Source: a phage
DNA: 64,000 nt
Direction: 5' to 3' (one strand)
Sequence record: PX104380.1
The translations under genes were made by a program, and so were the position numbers. Below, in pieces: positions 21,456-36,007 of the stretch. The notes under the pieces were generated by a model. That model was not told the origin of the DNA and made no database searches. It was given only the letters and a program-made list of their open reading frames with translations. How positions within the stretch are numbered: the first letter of the stretch is position 1; every line of letters starts with the position of its first letter.

Positions 21456-22109
21456 TCAATACTTACAAGATTTCACAGTTTCAATGAAAACATTTTTAGC
21501 TTTCTGTGAATCAATATTTAAAATTTTTCTATAAGCCTTTAACTTTATAGAATAATTATTCCAGACTAAATTATCAGTCTGTTCATCATGTTTATCAATT
21601 ATATTTAAAAATGAATCAAGCAAAATAAACGTTTCAAACGAAATTATGTTCGACTGAAGCAGTTTAAAAATATAACTTGATTGAACTTTTGGATTATATT
21701 CAAAGATTTCTTTAAAAGCAGAAACTTCAACTTTCTTACTAAAATAATAAATGTTGCGAATATCTTCTTCAAACTTAAATTTAATTTGCTTTAAGCGTCC
21801 GATATATTCACGATAAAACACAAGTGCATCAGCGTCAGAGATATCACCAATCCAAGCATCTTGGTTAGCAACCAAATTACTTATAAAGATTAAAGCAAGT
21901 TCCTTTAATTTATATTTTTCTGATAACTTCTGGAAAAAATACTTATCCCTTCGCTTTTGATAAGCGGCATCAGACACCCGCATGCACCAATTATACTTAA
22001 TAACATCATACTTTCCATTCATATGTTGTTTTATCATTAAGTATAATTTATAAACTGATTTACCATCAATGTATCTTTCACCACCAGCAGGCATGCGGAG
22101 TTTAATCAT
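21456..22109 (-). CDS. 59: gp59 helicase loader, 217 aa
   Basis: 217 aa; position between gene 32 block and gene 33. Confidence 0.85.
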   Translation of the reverse strand: MIKLRMPAGGERYIDGKSVYKLYLMIKQHMNGKYDVIKYNWCMRVSDAAYQKRRDKYFFQKLSEKYKLKELALIFISNLVANQDAWIGDISDADALVFYREYIGRLKQIKFKFEEDIRNIYYFSKKVEVSAFKEIFEYNPKVQSSYIFKLLQSNIISFETFILLDSFLNIIDKHDEQTDNLVWNNYSIKLKAYRKILNIDSQKAKNVFIETVKSCKY

Positions 22110-22444
22110 AGCAGAAAATCTAATGTATTAGTTTTTTCACAACGAACAACAGAAGGACGTAAAAGATTTTCGTCAATAGCTTCCGACTGAATTTTTTCAA
22201 TTATACCCGAAGGAATAAATTTAGCAAATTGAGTTTCAGGAATAGAGTTTTCTTCCAAGAATGCTGTTGTAGCTTCAAGATAACTCATTCCAAACTCTTC
22301 TACCATTTTTTCAATAATAAATCCATTTTCTTGACGATCAAGAAGCTTTGCTATTTCATCCTTTTCTTTCTTGATTGAAAGTTCTTTTTCTGAAAGCCCG
22401 GCCTCATCGACCGGGCGAATATCATTTAGAGAAAACTGTGTCAT
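22106..22444 (-). CDS. 33: gp33 late transcription co-activator, ~112 aa
   Basis: MTQFSLNDIRPVDE... from ATG at 22444; track begins 3 codons upstream; overlaps dsbA 3' end. Confidence 0.75.
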   Translation of the reverse strand: MTQFSLNDIRPVDEAGLSEKELSIKKEKDEIAKLLDRQENGFIIEKMVEEFGMSYLEATTAFLEENSIPETQFAKFIPSGIIEKIQSEAIDENLLRPSVVRCEKTNTLDFLL

Positions 22445-22691
22445 AAAGTTCAACTACCTCTTCAGTTTCAGCTTCAAACACATCACGGTTATCTTTATGA
22501 TACAAAGCTAATAGACGATTAAACATCTTGCCATCAACACCAAGTTCATCTTTAGCACGAATTCGAATATCTTTAATCAGTTCATTATAACCGGAAATTT
22601 TCAGTTTATGATCAGATGCTTCTTTAATAAATTTAGCCAAGTCTTCGCCGTGGATAGCTTCATCAAATTCAACCATTTCTTTTTTAGCCAT
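22422..22691 (-). CDS. dsbA: DsbA double-stranded DNA-binding protein, 89 aa
   Basis: 89 aa; position between rnh and gene 33. Confidence 0.8.
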   Translation of the reverse strand: MAKKEMVEFDEAIHGEDLAKFIKEASDHKLKISGYNELIKDIRIRAKDELGVDGKMFNRLLALYHKDNRDVFEAETEEVVELYDTVFSK

Positions 22692-22699
22692 TATTCACC

Positions 22700-23617
22700 T
22701 CAAAATTCATTAATGCTATTAGTTAATTTAGAAAGACCCGCTTTTACAAAATATGAATAAATTTTGCCACGCGGTGGTAATTTATATGAATTATAGTAAT
22801 TCACAATGTTTGAAGCAATATTATCAGGAATATAATCAAAATCAATTAGAACTAAATTTTCTTTATAACGATTATATTCAGATTCTGTAAGAAGCACCTT
22901 AGCTTGCTCACGGTCATTAGCAATAGCTTCAACGATTGAAGTTTTCATTGAAGGAGTTCGTTCACCTTCAACTCTGGTAAACCAAAAGTCAGATCGTACT
23001 TTAACTGAAGCAACGTTATCCTTTTTGTCGCCTTTAAGGATTTTAGTCATACAGTCAATTTCAGCAGAACCGCTTTTAATTTTAACCCATTTCTTATGCA
23101 TCGGTGACCATTGCTTAACATTTGGGTATTTGTGAAGCTGTGTAAAGTCACCATCCGATGAAATGATTAAAATCTTGTGTCCTTCTAAAGAGAATTTTTT
23201 AACAAGAACAGCAATGTGGTCATCTGCTTCATACTTATCAATATCCATAACAATGTATGGCATATAAGCTTTCAATTCATCTATAACTTTATGACTGGAT
23301 TCAAAATAACCTTCCCAGTCCCAAGTAGATTCTTCTCGTGCTTTTCCACGGTTTTTCTTGTAATAGTAAGCAAAATCACGACGCCAGTATCCAGATTTCG
23401 CGTTATCAATACACAGTACAATTTTAGTGTATCCAAGCGTTTTTGCTTTTTTGACATTAAACTTAATTGAGTTCAATATCAAATGACGAACCATTGATAA
23501 ATTAATTTTTTCTTTATCTGGGAAGTTTACTAAAGCAGTTGAAAGCGCAATTTGACTAAAGTCAATAAAGCAAATTCCTTCTTTGTAATCTTCATCCAGC
23601 ATCATTTCTAAATCCAT
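22700..23617 (-). CDS. rnh: RNase H (5'-3' exonuclease / flap endonuclease), 305 aa
   Basis: ATG at 23617 (MDLEMMLDEDYKEG...); acidic catalytic residues in a FEN-like fold. Confidence 0.9.
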   Translation of the reverse strand: MDLEMMLDEDYKEGICFIDFSQIALSTALVNFPDKEKINLSMVRHLILNSIKFNVKKAKTLGYTKIVLCIDNAKSGYWRRDFAYYYKKNRGKAREESTWDWEGYFESSHKVIDELKAYMPYIVMDIDKYEADDHIAVLVKKFSLEGHKILIISSDGDFTQLHKYPNVKQWSPMHKKWVKIKSGSAEIDCMTKILKGDKKDNVASVKVRSDFWFTRVEGERTPSMKTSIVEAIANDREQAKVLLTESEYNRYKENLVLIDFDYIPDNIASNIVNYYNSYKLPPRGKIYSYFVKAGLSKLTNSINEF

Positions 23618-23646
23618 ATGAACCTCGTTCAATTAGTGAGATTTCT

Positions 23647-23676
23647 ATTATATACCATCCAAATCTTAAAGTAAAC
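23647..23676 (-). promoter_or_regulatory. early-type promoter upstream of rnh
   Basis: GTTTAC-N18-TATAAT, ~30 nt upstream of rnh ATG. Confidence 0.5.
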
Positions 23677-23679
23677 AAG

Positions 23680-23687
23680 TATAAATA
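23680..23687 (+). promoter_or_regulatory. late promoter (TATAAATA) for gene 34
   Basis: Exact TATAAATA ~35 nt upstream of gene 34 ATG. Confidence 0.7.
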
Positions 23688-23721
23688 CTTATTATTGAAA
23701 ACACAATAGGAGCCCGGGAGA

Positions 23722-26700
23722 ATGGCCGAGATTAAAAGAAAGTTCAGAGCAGAAGACGGTCTGGACGCAGGTGGTGATAAAATAATCAACGTAGCTTTAG
23801 CTGATCGTACCGTAGGAACTGACGGTGTTAACGTTGATTACTTAATTCAAGAAAACACAGTTCAGCAATATGATCCAACTCGTGGATATTTAAAAGATTT
23901 TGTAATCATTTATGATAACCGCTTTTGGGCTGCTATAAATGATATTCCAAAACCAGCAGGAGCTTTTAATAGCGTACGATGGAGAGCGTTACGTACTGAT
24001 GCTAACTGGATTACGGTTTCATCTGGTTCATATCAATTAAAATCTGGTGAAGCTATTTCGGTTAACACCGCAGCTGGTAATGATATTACATTTACTTTAC
24101 CATCTACCCCAATTGATGGTGATACTATCGTTCTCCAAGATATTGGAGGAAAACCAGGAGTTAACCAAGTTTTAATTGTAGCTCCGGTGCAAAGTATTGT
24201 AAACTTCAGAGGTCAACAAGTACGTTCAGTACTAATGACTCATCCAAAATCGCAGATAGTTTTAATTTTTAGTAATCGTCTGTGGCAAATGTATGTTGCT
24301 GATTATAGTAGAGAAGCTGTAGTTGTAACGCCTGCGAGTCTCTATCAGGCGCAATCAAACGATTTTATCGTACGTAGATTTACTTCTGCTTCAGCAATTA
24401 ATATTAAACTTCCTAGATTTGCTAATCATGGGGATATTATTAATTTTGTTGATTTAGATAAATTAAATCCGTTATATCATACTATCGTTACTACATACGA
24501 TGAAACGACTTCAGTACAAGAAGTTGGAACTCATTCCATTGAAGGCCGTACAACGATTGACGGTTTCTTAATGTTTGATGATAATGAGAAATTGTGGAGA
24601 TTATTTGACGGGGATAGTAAAGCACGTTTACGCATTATAATAACTAATTCTAATATTCGTCCAAACGAAGAAGTTATGGTATTTGGTGCGAATAACGGAA
24701 CAACTCAAACAATTGAGCTTCAGCTTCCAACTAATATTTCTGTTGGTGATACTGTTAAAATTTCCATGAATTACATGAGAAAAGGACAAACAGTTAAAAT
24801 CAAAGCTGCCGGTGAAGATAAAATTGCTTCTTCAGTTCAATTGCTGCAATTCCCAAAACGTTCAGAATATCCGCCTGAAACTAAATGGGTGACTGTCCAA
24901 GAATTAGTTTTTAACGGTGAAACTAATTATGTTCCAGTTTTACAGCTTGCTTATATAGAAGATTCTGATGGAAAATACTGGGTTGTACAGCAAAACGTTC
25001 CAACTGTAGAAAGAGTAGATTCTTTAAATGATTCTACTAGAGCAAGATTAGGCGTAATTGCTTTAGCTACACAGGCTCAAGCTAATGTCGATTTAGAAAA
25101 TTCTCCACAAAAAGAATTAGCAATTACTCCAGAAACATTAGCTAACCGTACTGCTACAGAAACTCGTAGAGGTATCGCAAGAATAGCAACTACTGCTCAA
25201 GTGAATCAGAACACCACATTCTCTTTTGCAGATGATATTATCATCACTCCTAAAAAGCTGAATGAAAGAACTGCTACAGAAACTCGTAGAGGCGTCGCTG
25301 AAATTGCTACACAGCAAGAAACTAATGCAGGAACCGATGATACTACAATCATCACTCCTAAAAAACTTCAAGCTCGCCAAGGTTCTGAATCATTATCTGG
25401 TATTGTAACTTTTGTATCTACTGCAGGTGCTACTCCAGCTTCTAGCCGTGAATTAAATGGTACGAATGTTTATAATAAAAACACTAATAACTTGGTTGTT
25501 TCGCCTAAAGCTTTGGATCAGTATAAAGCTACTCCAACGCAACAAGGTGCAGTAATTTTAGCAGTTGAAAGTGAAGTAATTGCTGGACAAAGCCAAGAAG
25601 GATGGGCAAATGCTGTTGTAACGCCAGAAACGTTACATAAAAAGACATCAACTGATGGAAGAATAGGATTAATTGAAATTGCTACGCAAAATGAAGTTAA
25701 TACAGGAACTGATTATACTCGTGCAGTCACTCCTAAAACTTTAAATGACCGTAGAGCAACTGAAAGTTTAAGTGGTATAGCTGAAATTGCTACACAAGTT
25801 GAATTCGACGCAGGCGTCGACGATACTCGTATCTCTACACCATTAAAAATTAAAACCAGATTTAATAGTACTGATCGTACTTCTGTTGTTGCTCTATCTG
25901 GATTAGTTGAATCAGGAACTCTCTGGGACCATTATACCCTTAATATTCTTGAAGCAAATGAGACGCAACGTGGTACACTTCGTGTAGCTACACAGGTCGA
26001 AGCTGCTGCAGGAAAATTAGATAATGTTTTAATAACTCCTAAAAAGCTTTTAGGTACTAAATCTACTGAAGCACAAGAAGGTGTTATTAAAGTTGCAACT
26101 CAGTCTGAAACTGTGACTGGAACGTCAGCAAATACTGCTGTATCTCCAAAAAATTTAAAATGGATTGTGCAGAGTGAACCTACCTGGGCAGCTACTACTG
26201 CAGTAAGAGGCTTTGTTAAAACTTCATCTGGTTCAATTACATTTGTCGGTAATGATACAGTCGGTTCTACCCAAGATTTAGAACTGTATGAGAAAAATAG
26301 TTATGCAGTATCACCATATGAATTAAACCGTGTATTAGCAAATTATTTGCCATTAAAAGCAAAAGCTGCAGATAGTAATTTATTGGATGGTCTAGATTCA
26401 TCTCAGTTCATTCGTAGGGATATTGCGCAGACGGTTAATGGTTCACTAACCTTAACTCAACAAACGAATCTGAGTGCCCCTCTTGTATCATCTAGTACTG
26501 CTACGTTTGGTGGTTCAGTTACAGCAAATAGTGTACTAACAATTTCTAATACTGGAACAGCAACTCGATTGATTTTTGAGAAAGGACCTCAAACTGGAAC
26601 AAACCCAGCCCAAACGATGACTGTTAGAGTGTGGGGAAATCAATTTAGTGGGGAATCAGATACAACACGTTCTACCGTATTTGAAGTTAGTGATGAAACA

Positions 26701-27591
26701 TCTAGTCATTTTTATTCTCAGCGCAATAAAGCCGGAAATATAACATTTAATATCAACGGTACAGTAACACCGATAAATGTTAATGCTTCAGGAACATTGA
26801 ATGCAAATGGCGTAGCAACATTTGGTAATTCAGTCACTGCAACCGGTGAAATTATTTCTCGAAGCGCAAATGCTTTCCGTGCTATTAACGGAAATTATGG
26901 TTTCATTGTTCGCAACGATGGATCAGTAACGAATTTTATGCTTACTGCATCGGGTGATCAGACTGGTGGATTCAACGGATTACGCCCATTAGCTATTAAT
27001 AATGCATCTGGTCAAGTAACGATTGGTGAAAGCTTAATCATCGCCAAAGGTGCTACTATAAATTCAGGTGGTTTAACTGTTAACTCGAGAATTCGTTCTC
27101 AGGGTACTAAAACCGCTGATTTATACACCCGTGCACCGACATCTGATACTGTAGGATTCTGGTCAATCGATATTAATGATTCAGCTACTTATAACCAATT
27201 CCCGGGTTATTTTAAAATGGTTGAAAAAACTAATGAAGTGACTGGACTTCCATATTTAGAACGTGGCGAAGAAGTTAAATCTCCTGGTACATTGACTCAG
27301 TTTGGTAACACACTTGATTCGCTTTACCAAGATTGGATTACTTATCCAACAACCCCAGAAGCGCGTACCACTCGTTGGACCCGCACATGGCAGAAAACCA
27401 AAAATTCCTGGTCAAGTTTTGTTCAGGTATTTGATGGAGGTAACCCTCCTCAACCGTCTGATATCGGTGCTTTACCATCTGATAATGCTACAATGGGTAA
27501 TCTTACTATTCGTGATTTCTTACGAATTGGTAATGTTCGCATTATTCCTGACCCAGTGAATAAAACTGTTAAATTTGAATGGGTTGAATAA
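23722..27591 (+). CDS. 34: long tail fibre proximal subunit gp34, 1289 aa
   Basis: 1289 aa, internal ~38-aa repeats (TATETRRGIA.IAT...TPKKL); late promoter upstream. Confidence 0.95.
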   Translation: MAEIKRKFRAEDGLDAGGDKIINVALADRTVGTDGVNVDYLIQENTVQQYDPTRGYLKDFVIIYDNRFWAAINDIPKPAGAFNSVRWRALRTDANWITVSSGSYQLKSGEAISVNTAAGNDITFTLPSTPIDGDTIVLQDIGGKPGVNQVLIVAPVQSIVNFRGQQVRSVLMTHPKSQIVLIFSNRLWQMYVADYSREAVVVTPASLYQAQSNDFIVRRFTSASAINIKLPRFANHGDIINFVDLDKLNPLYHTIVTTYDETTSVQEVGTHSIEGRTTIDGFLMFDDNEKLWRLFDGDSKARLRIIITNSNIRPNEEVMVFGANNGTTQTIELQLPTNISVGDTVKISMNYMRKGQTVKIKAAGEDKIASSVQLLQFPKRSEYPPETKWVTVQELVFNGETNYVPVLQLAYIEDSDGKYWVVQQNVPTVERVDSLNDSTRARLGVIALATQAQANVDLENSPQKELAITPETLANRTATETRRGIARIATTAQVNQNTTFSFADDIIITPKKLNERTATETRRGVAEIATQQETNAGTDDTTIITPKKLQARQGSESLSGIVTFVSTAGATPASSRELNGTNVYNKNTNNLVVSPKALDQYKATPTQQGAVILAVESEVIAGQSQEGWANAVVTPETLHKKTSTDGRIGLIEIATQNEVNTGTDYTRAVTPKTLNDRRATESLSGIAEIATQVEFDAGVDDTRISTPLKIKTRFNSTDRTSVVALSGLVESGTLWDHYTLNILEANETQRGTLRVATQVEAAAGKLDNVLITPKKLLGTKSTEAQEGVIKVATQSETVTGTSANTAVSPKNLKWIVQSEPTWAATTAVRGFVKTSSGSITFVGNDTVGSTQDLELYEKNSYAVSPYELNRVLANYLPLKAKAADSNLLDGLDSSQFIRRDIAQTVNGSLTLTQQTNLSAPLVSSSTATFGGSVTANSVLTISNTGTATRLIFEKGPQTGTNPAQTMTVRVWGNQFSGESDTTRSTVFEVSDETSSHFYSQRNKAGNITFNINGTVTPINVNASGTLNANGVATFGNSVTATGEIISRSANAFRAINGNYGFIVRNDGSVTNFMLTASGDQTGGFNGLRPLAINNASGQVTIGESLIIAKGATINSGGLTVNSRIRSQGTKTADLYTRAPTSDTVGFWSIDINDSATYNQFPGYFKMVEKTNEVTGLPYLERGEEVKSPGTLTQFGNTLDSLYQDWITYPTTPEARTTRWTRTWQKTKNSWSSFVQVFDGGNPPQPSDIGALPSDNATMGNLTIRDFLRIGNVRIIPDPVNKTVKFEWVE

Positions 27592-27599
27592 GAGGTATT

Positions 27600-28715
27600 A
27601 TGGAAAAATTTATGGCAAAGTTTGGACAAGGATATGTCCAAACGCCATTTTTATCGGAAAGCAATTCAGTAAGATACAAAATAAGTATAGCGGGTTCTTG
27701 CCCGCTTTCTACCGCAGGACCATACGTTAAATTTCAAGATAATCCTGTAGGAAGTCAAACATTTAGTGCAGGTCTTCATTTAAGAGTTTTTGACCCTTCC
27801 ACGGGAGCATTGGTTGATAGTAAGTCATATGTTTTTTCGACTTCAAATGATACTACATCAGCTGCTTTTGTTAGTTTCATGAATTCTTTTTCAAACAACA
27901 GACTTGTTGCCATATTAACTAGCGGAAAGGTTAATTTTCCTCCTGAAGTAGTATCTTGGTTAAGAACGGCAGGAACATCTGCTTTTCCATCTGATTCTTT
28001 ATTGTCAAGATTTGATGTATCATATGCTGCCTTTTACACTTCTTCTAAAAGAGCTATCGCACTAGAGCATGTTAAACTGAGTAACAGAAAAAGCACAGAT
28101 GACTATCAAACTATATTAGATGTAGTATTTGACAGTTTAGAAGATGTTGGAGCGACAGGATTTCCTAAAAGAACATATGAAAGCGTTGAGCAATTTATGT
28201 CAGCTGTTGGTGGAACTAATAACGAAATTGCACGTCTACCTACAGCATCTGCAATAAGTAAACTTTCTGACTATAATTTAATTCCTGGAGATGTTCTTTA
28301 TCTTAAAGCACAACTATATGCTGATGCTGATTTACTTGCTCTTGGAACTACAAATATATCTATCCGTTTTTATAATGCGTCGAATGGATATATTTCCTCG
28401 ACACAAGCTGAGTTTACTGGACAGGCTGGGTCTTGGGAATTAAAGGAAGATTATGTAGTTGTTCCTGAAAACGCTGTAGGATTTACGATATACGCACAGA
28501 GAACTGCACAAGCGGGTCAAGGCGGTATGAGAAATTTAAGCTTTTCTGAAGTGTCAAGAAATGGCGGCATTTCAAAACCTGCTGAGTTTGGCGTCAATGG
28601 TATTCGAGTTAATTATATCTGCGAATCTGCTTCACCTCCAGATATAATGGTACTTCCTACGCAAGCATCGTCTAAAACTGGTAAAGTGTTTGGACAAGAA
28701 TTTAGAGAAGTTTAA
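27600..28715 (+). CDS. 35: long tail fibre hinge protein gp35, 371 aa
   Basis: Immediately downstream of 34; length and sequence as recalled T4 gp35. Confidence 0.9.
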   Translation: MEKFMAKFGQGYVQTPFLSESNSVRYKISIAGSCPLSTAGPYVKFQDNPVGSQTFSAGLHLRVFDPSTGALVDSKSYVFSTSNDTTSAAFVSFMNSFSNNRLVAILTSGKVNFPPEVVSWLRTAGTSAFPSDSLLSRFDVSYAAFYTSSKRAIALEHVKLSNRKSTDDYQTILDVVFDSLEDVGATGFPKRTYESVEQFMSAVGGTNNEIARLPTASAISKLSDYNLIPGDVLYLKAQLYADADLLALGTTNISIRFYNASNGYISSTQAEFTGQAGSWELKEDYVVVPENAVGFTIYAQRTAQAGQGGMRNLSFSEVSRNGGISKPAEFGVNGIRVNYICESASPPDIMVLPTQASSKTGKVFGQEFREV

Positions 28716-28720
28716 ACTGA

Positions 28721-28747
28721 GGGAGCCTTCGGGTTCCCTTTTTCTTT
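28721..28747 (+). terminator. hairpin plus U-run between genes 35 and 36
   Basis: Plus sense GGGAGCC-UUCG-GGUUCCC followed by UUUUUCUUU, then late promoter. Confidence 0.5.
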
Positions 28748-28754
28748 ATAAATA
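28747..28754 (+). promoter_or_regulatory. late promoter (TATAAATA) for gene 36
   Basis: Exact TATAAATA ~25 nt upstream of gene 36 ATG, directly after hairpin. Confidence 0.7.
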
Positions 28755-28777
28755 CTATTAAAATAAAGGGGCATACA

Positions 28778-29434
28778 ATGGCTGATTTAAAAGTAGGTTC
28801 AACAATCGGAGGCTCTGTCATTTGGCATCAAGGAAATTTTCCATTGAATCCAGCCGGTGACGATGTACTCTATAAATCATTTAAAATATATTCAGAATAT
28901 AATAAACCACAAGCAACTGATAACGATTTCGTTTCTAAAGCTAATGGTGGTACTTATTTAAATAAAGTAATTTTTAATAAAGGAATGACTGTTCCTGGTG
29001 CTGGGTCAGGTGACAACGGTATTTTTGCCGGTCCTGGTGATAATGCCACATATGATACTACAAATATGGATATTGTTTCATGGTATGGTATCGGCTTTAA
29101 ATCATCACAAGGAGCAGCAGGTAGAACTGTAGTAATTAACACACGAAACGGAGATATTAGCTCAAAGGGTGTAATTGAAGCATCACAAATACGCGCAACT
29201 TCGCTATCACCAGTAAATAATTATGACCTTACGAGAAAAGATTATGTTGATGGAGCAATAAATATTGTTACAACAAATGCAAACTCTAGAGTATTACGCT
29301 CTGGAGACACTATGACAGGAAATTTAACTGCGCCAAACCTTTTTTCACAGAATCCTGCATCTCAACCCTCGCATGTTCCGCGATTTGACCAAATCGTAAT
29401 TAAGGATTCTGTTCAAGATTTCGGCTATTATTAA
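28778..29434 (+). CDS. 36: long tail fibre distal connector gp36, 218 aa
   Basis: Position, size; own late promoter upstream. Confidence 0.85.
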   Translation: MADLKVGSTIGGSVIWHQGNFPLNPAGDDVLYKSFKIYSEYNKPQATDNDFVSKANGGTYLNKVIFNKGMTVPGAGSGDNGIFAGPGDNATYDTTNMDIVSWYGIGFKSSQGAAGRTVVINTRNGDISSKGVIEASQIRATSLSPVNNYDLTRKDYVDGAINIVTTNANSRVLRSGDTMTGNLTAPNLFSQNPASQPSHVPRFDQIVIKDSVQDFGYY

Positions 29435-29442
29435 GAGGACTT

Positions 29443-33562
<4,120 letters not shown>

Positions 33563-33594
33563 TTTTTGAATAAATATCCTTAAAAGGAGGGTCT

Positions 33595-34251
33595 ATGGCA
33601 GCACCTAGAATATCATTTTCGCCCTCTGATATTCTATTTGGTGTTCTAGATCGCTTGTTCAAAGATAACGCTACCGGGAAAGTTCTTGCTTCCCGGGTAG
33701 CTGTCGTAATTCTTTTGTTTATGATGGCGATTGTTTGGTATAGGGGAGATAGTTTCTTTGAGTACTATAAGCAATCAAAGTATGAAACATACAGTGAAAT
33801 TATTGAAAAGGAAAGAAATGCACGCTTTGAATCTGTCGCCCTGGAACAACTCCAGATAGTTCACATATCATCTGAGGCAGACTTTAGTGCGGTGTATTCT
33901 TTCCGCCCTAAAAACTTAAACTATTTTGTCGATATTATAGCATATGAAGGAAAATTACCTTCAACAATAAGTGAAAAATCACTTGGAGGATATCCTGTTG
34001 ATAAAACTATGGATGAATATGCAGTTCATTTAAATGGACGTCATTATTATTCCAACTCAAAATTTGCTTTTTTACCAACTAAAAAGCCTACTCCCGAAAT
34101 AAACTACATATACAGTTGTCCATATTTTAATTTGGATAATATCTATGCTGGAACGATAACCATGTACTGGTATAGAAATGATCATATAAGTAATGACCGC
34201 CTTGAATCAATATGCGCCCAGGCGGCCAGAATATTAGGAAGGGCTAAATAA
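33595..34251 (+). CDS. t: holin t, 218 aa
   Basis: 218 aa; short cytoplasmic N-terminus, one TM segment (VAVVILLFMMAIVWY), large periplasmic domain; matches recalled T4 T. Confidence 0.9.
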   Translation: MAAPRISFSPSDILFGVLDRLFKDNATGKVLASRVAVVILLFMMAIVWYRGDSFFEYYKQSKYETYSEIIEKERNARFESVALEQLQIVHISSEADFSAVYSFRPKNLNYFVDIIAYEGKLPSTISEKSLGGYPVDKTMDEYAVHLNGRHYYSNSKFAFLPTKKPTPEINYIYSCPYFNLDNIYAGTITMYWYRNDHISNDRLESICAQAARILGRAK

Positions 34252-34524
34252 TTATTTGTTCGTATACATCTCTAGATATCGATATACACCCTCAAAACCC
34301 TCGTTGAATTCGTCGATGAGGGTTTTCTTATCTTCTTGAGTTAATTCAGAAACAATTTTACGGAATGAATTCTGATTTAATTTTCTACCTTCATGTGTTA
34401 CTCCAATCTCATTCAGAAATGCAATAAAATTAGCACGATTTTCAACAATATCTTCTCTGGAAAATTTAATTAAAATAGACGCAACAGTAATAATTTCACG
34501 AACTGTATCAATATTTTTATTCAT
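34252..34524 (-). CDS. asiA: AsiA anti-sigma-70 factor, 90 aa
   Basis: 90 aa, MNKNIDTVREIITVASILIKFSREDIVENRANFIAFLNEIG... matches recalled T4 AsiA. Confidence 0.9.
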   Translation of the reverse strand: MNKNIDTVREIITVASILIKFSREDIVENRANFIAFLNEIGVTHEGRKLNQNSFRKIVSELTQEDKKTLIDEFNEGFEGVYRYLEMYTNK

Positions 34525-34530
34525 TAACTA

Positions 34531-34689
34531 TACCACTCAATTAGTTGACTTTGTTATAATATCATCAGACGCTTGATTTGTAAACTGGTCTGTGTTATTT
34601 TCTTCAAAAATTTTTTCTACGAATTCCTTGAACGACTTACGTTCCTGAGCTACATTATGCTCGATTACTTTTTCAAGATTATGACTCAT
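34531..34689 (-). CDS. hypothetical small acidic protein, 52 aa
   Basis: ATG at 34689 overlapping arn stop; below track size cutoff. Confidence 0.35.
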
Positions 34690-34964
34690 TCGAAATAATC
34701 TTCAATTTCATAATCATGGACGTAAATCATTATAGTTTTTAATACATCATCAATACTTTTTCCTGGTGCTGGAATTACGTAGAAATATCCTGCTTTTGAA
34801 AGGTCTTTATAAGTTCCAATCAAGAAATCATTATTCTCGAGATGTAATTCTTCAACTAATTCATTAACAATTGAGTGGTATAAATTTGGTAGAAACTTAT
34901 ATAGCTTTTCTAGAATATCAATTTTGATTGTGTATTGAACCACAGACTGAGAATCAATAATCAT
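34686..34964 (-). CDS. arn: Arn anti-restriction protein (McrBC inhibitor), 92 aa
   Basis: 92 aa, position between asiA and motA; matches recalled T4 Arn. Confidence 0.75.
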   Translation of the reverse strand: MIIDSQSVVQYTIKIDILEKLYKFLPNLYHSIVNELVEELHLENNDFLIGTYKDLSKAGYFYVIPAPGKSIDDVLKTIMIYVHDYEIEDYFE

Positions 34965-35047
34965 AGACCTTCCCCTTATGTTTCTGTTTACGATTAGAAT
35001 CTTTAAACGCTTTCTTCTTATCTTTATGAACAGAAGCTTTATTAAAA

Positions 35048-35266
35048 TTATGTTTTGCGACTAAATTGTTCATAGTGCTGAATTACCTCTCTTAAACATT
35101 TGCATGTAAATGAGAACTTTTTAGCTACACCACATTCAAATATATGTTCTCTTAAATCACGCGTATCAGTATATCCCATCTCAACAATAAAATGCCTTAT
35201 TAGATTTTTATCTTTATCATTGAGAGAATTAAAATAATCAGATTTTGAATTAATTTCCCTGGCCAA
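35048..35266 (-). CDS. hypothetical protein, 72 aa
   Basis: ORF track. Confidence 0.45.
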   Translation of the reverse strand: MAREINSKSDYFNSLNDKDKNLIRHFIVEMGYTDTRDLREHIFECGVAKKFSFTCKCLREVIQHYEQFSRKT

Positions 35267-35546
35267 ATTGAATCACCTTCAGTTGACGTTTTAATTCTTT
35301 TATCATTTCTTCGTTCATCGCAATATAAAGATCGCGTAAAGCAGGTTTTAGCATGTCATTTATTATAGAACTAAATGGACATACATAATCTTTTCCTACG
35401 AGCTTTTTGGTGAATTCCATATCACAGAACTTAAATCCCGGCTCATTGGTATAAATTCCCCAATTAGTTGACATCATTTTATTGGCATATTCTAGTGCCT
35501 GGATTTGATTCATAATTCCATCAATTTGAAACTTTTTAATATTCAT
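35250..35546 (-). CDS. hypothetical protein, 98 aa
   Basis: ORF track. Confidence 0.45.
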   Translation of the reverse strand: MNIKKFQIDGIMNQIQALEYANKMMSTNWGIYTNEPGFKFCDMEFTKKLVGKDYVCPFSSIINDMLKPALRDLYIAMNEEMIKELKRQLKVIQFGQGN

Positions 35547-36007
35547 TAGTAAAGGTCCTCAGAGTAAAGTTCTTTTTCACTACCACCACGTTCAATACGT
35601 ACTTGTCCAGCGTAAGTTGCAATAATCATTGCTTCTTCACGTGTCCAATAATTACTATATTGGTCAATAAACCCTTGGTCATCATCACAAACTTGTTGAG
35701 TAACTAATTGAGGTTTAACTACATCTAAAACTTCTGCCATATCTTTAGAATAATGACGAGCACCTGGAATAATAAGAGTTCGTCCATCTTTTAATTTAAA
35801 ACGATTAGCTGCACAGACAATTCGTCGTTGATACTTTTGGTTTTCATCCCAGTACGCAGTCTGCCAACAGATTTCAGGAACTTCTTTCAGAATATCTTCT
35901 TCTGTGCATTTATAACCATGCGCTTTAAATTTTTGAACAAGACTCTCCGGAGTCTCACGAGATAAAGGCACATTCAGCATTTTTAAACGATTAATAAATG
36001 GGTTCAT
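35546..36007 (-). CDS. hypothetical protein, 153 aa
   Basis: ORF track. Confidence 0.5.
   Translation of the reverse strand: MNPFINRLKMLNVPLSRETPESLVQKFKAHGYKCTEEDILKEVPEICWQTAYWDENQKYQRRIVCAANRFKLKDGRTLIIPGARHYSKDMAEVLDVVKPQLVTQQVCDDDQGFIDQYSNYWTREEAMIIATYAGQVRIERGGSEKELYSEDLY

Noticed and set aside
25138-25380. 80-aa minus-strand ORF inside gene 34
   Set aside because: Antisense to a well-supported late structural gene; Cys/Ser-rich composition is a reverse-frame artefact of the repeat region.
33563-33594. Possible late promoter for holin t (gaataaatat)
   Set aside because: Not an exact TATAAATA; t may be transcribed from upstream late promoters; left uncalled.
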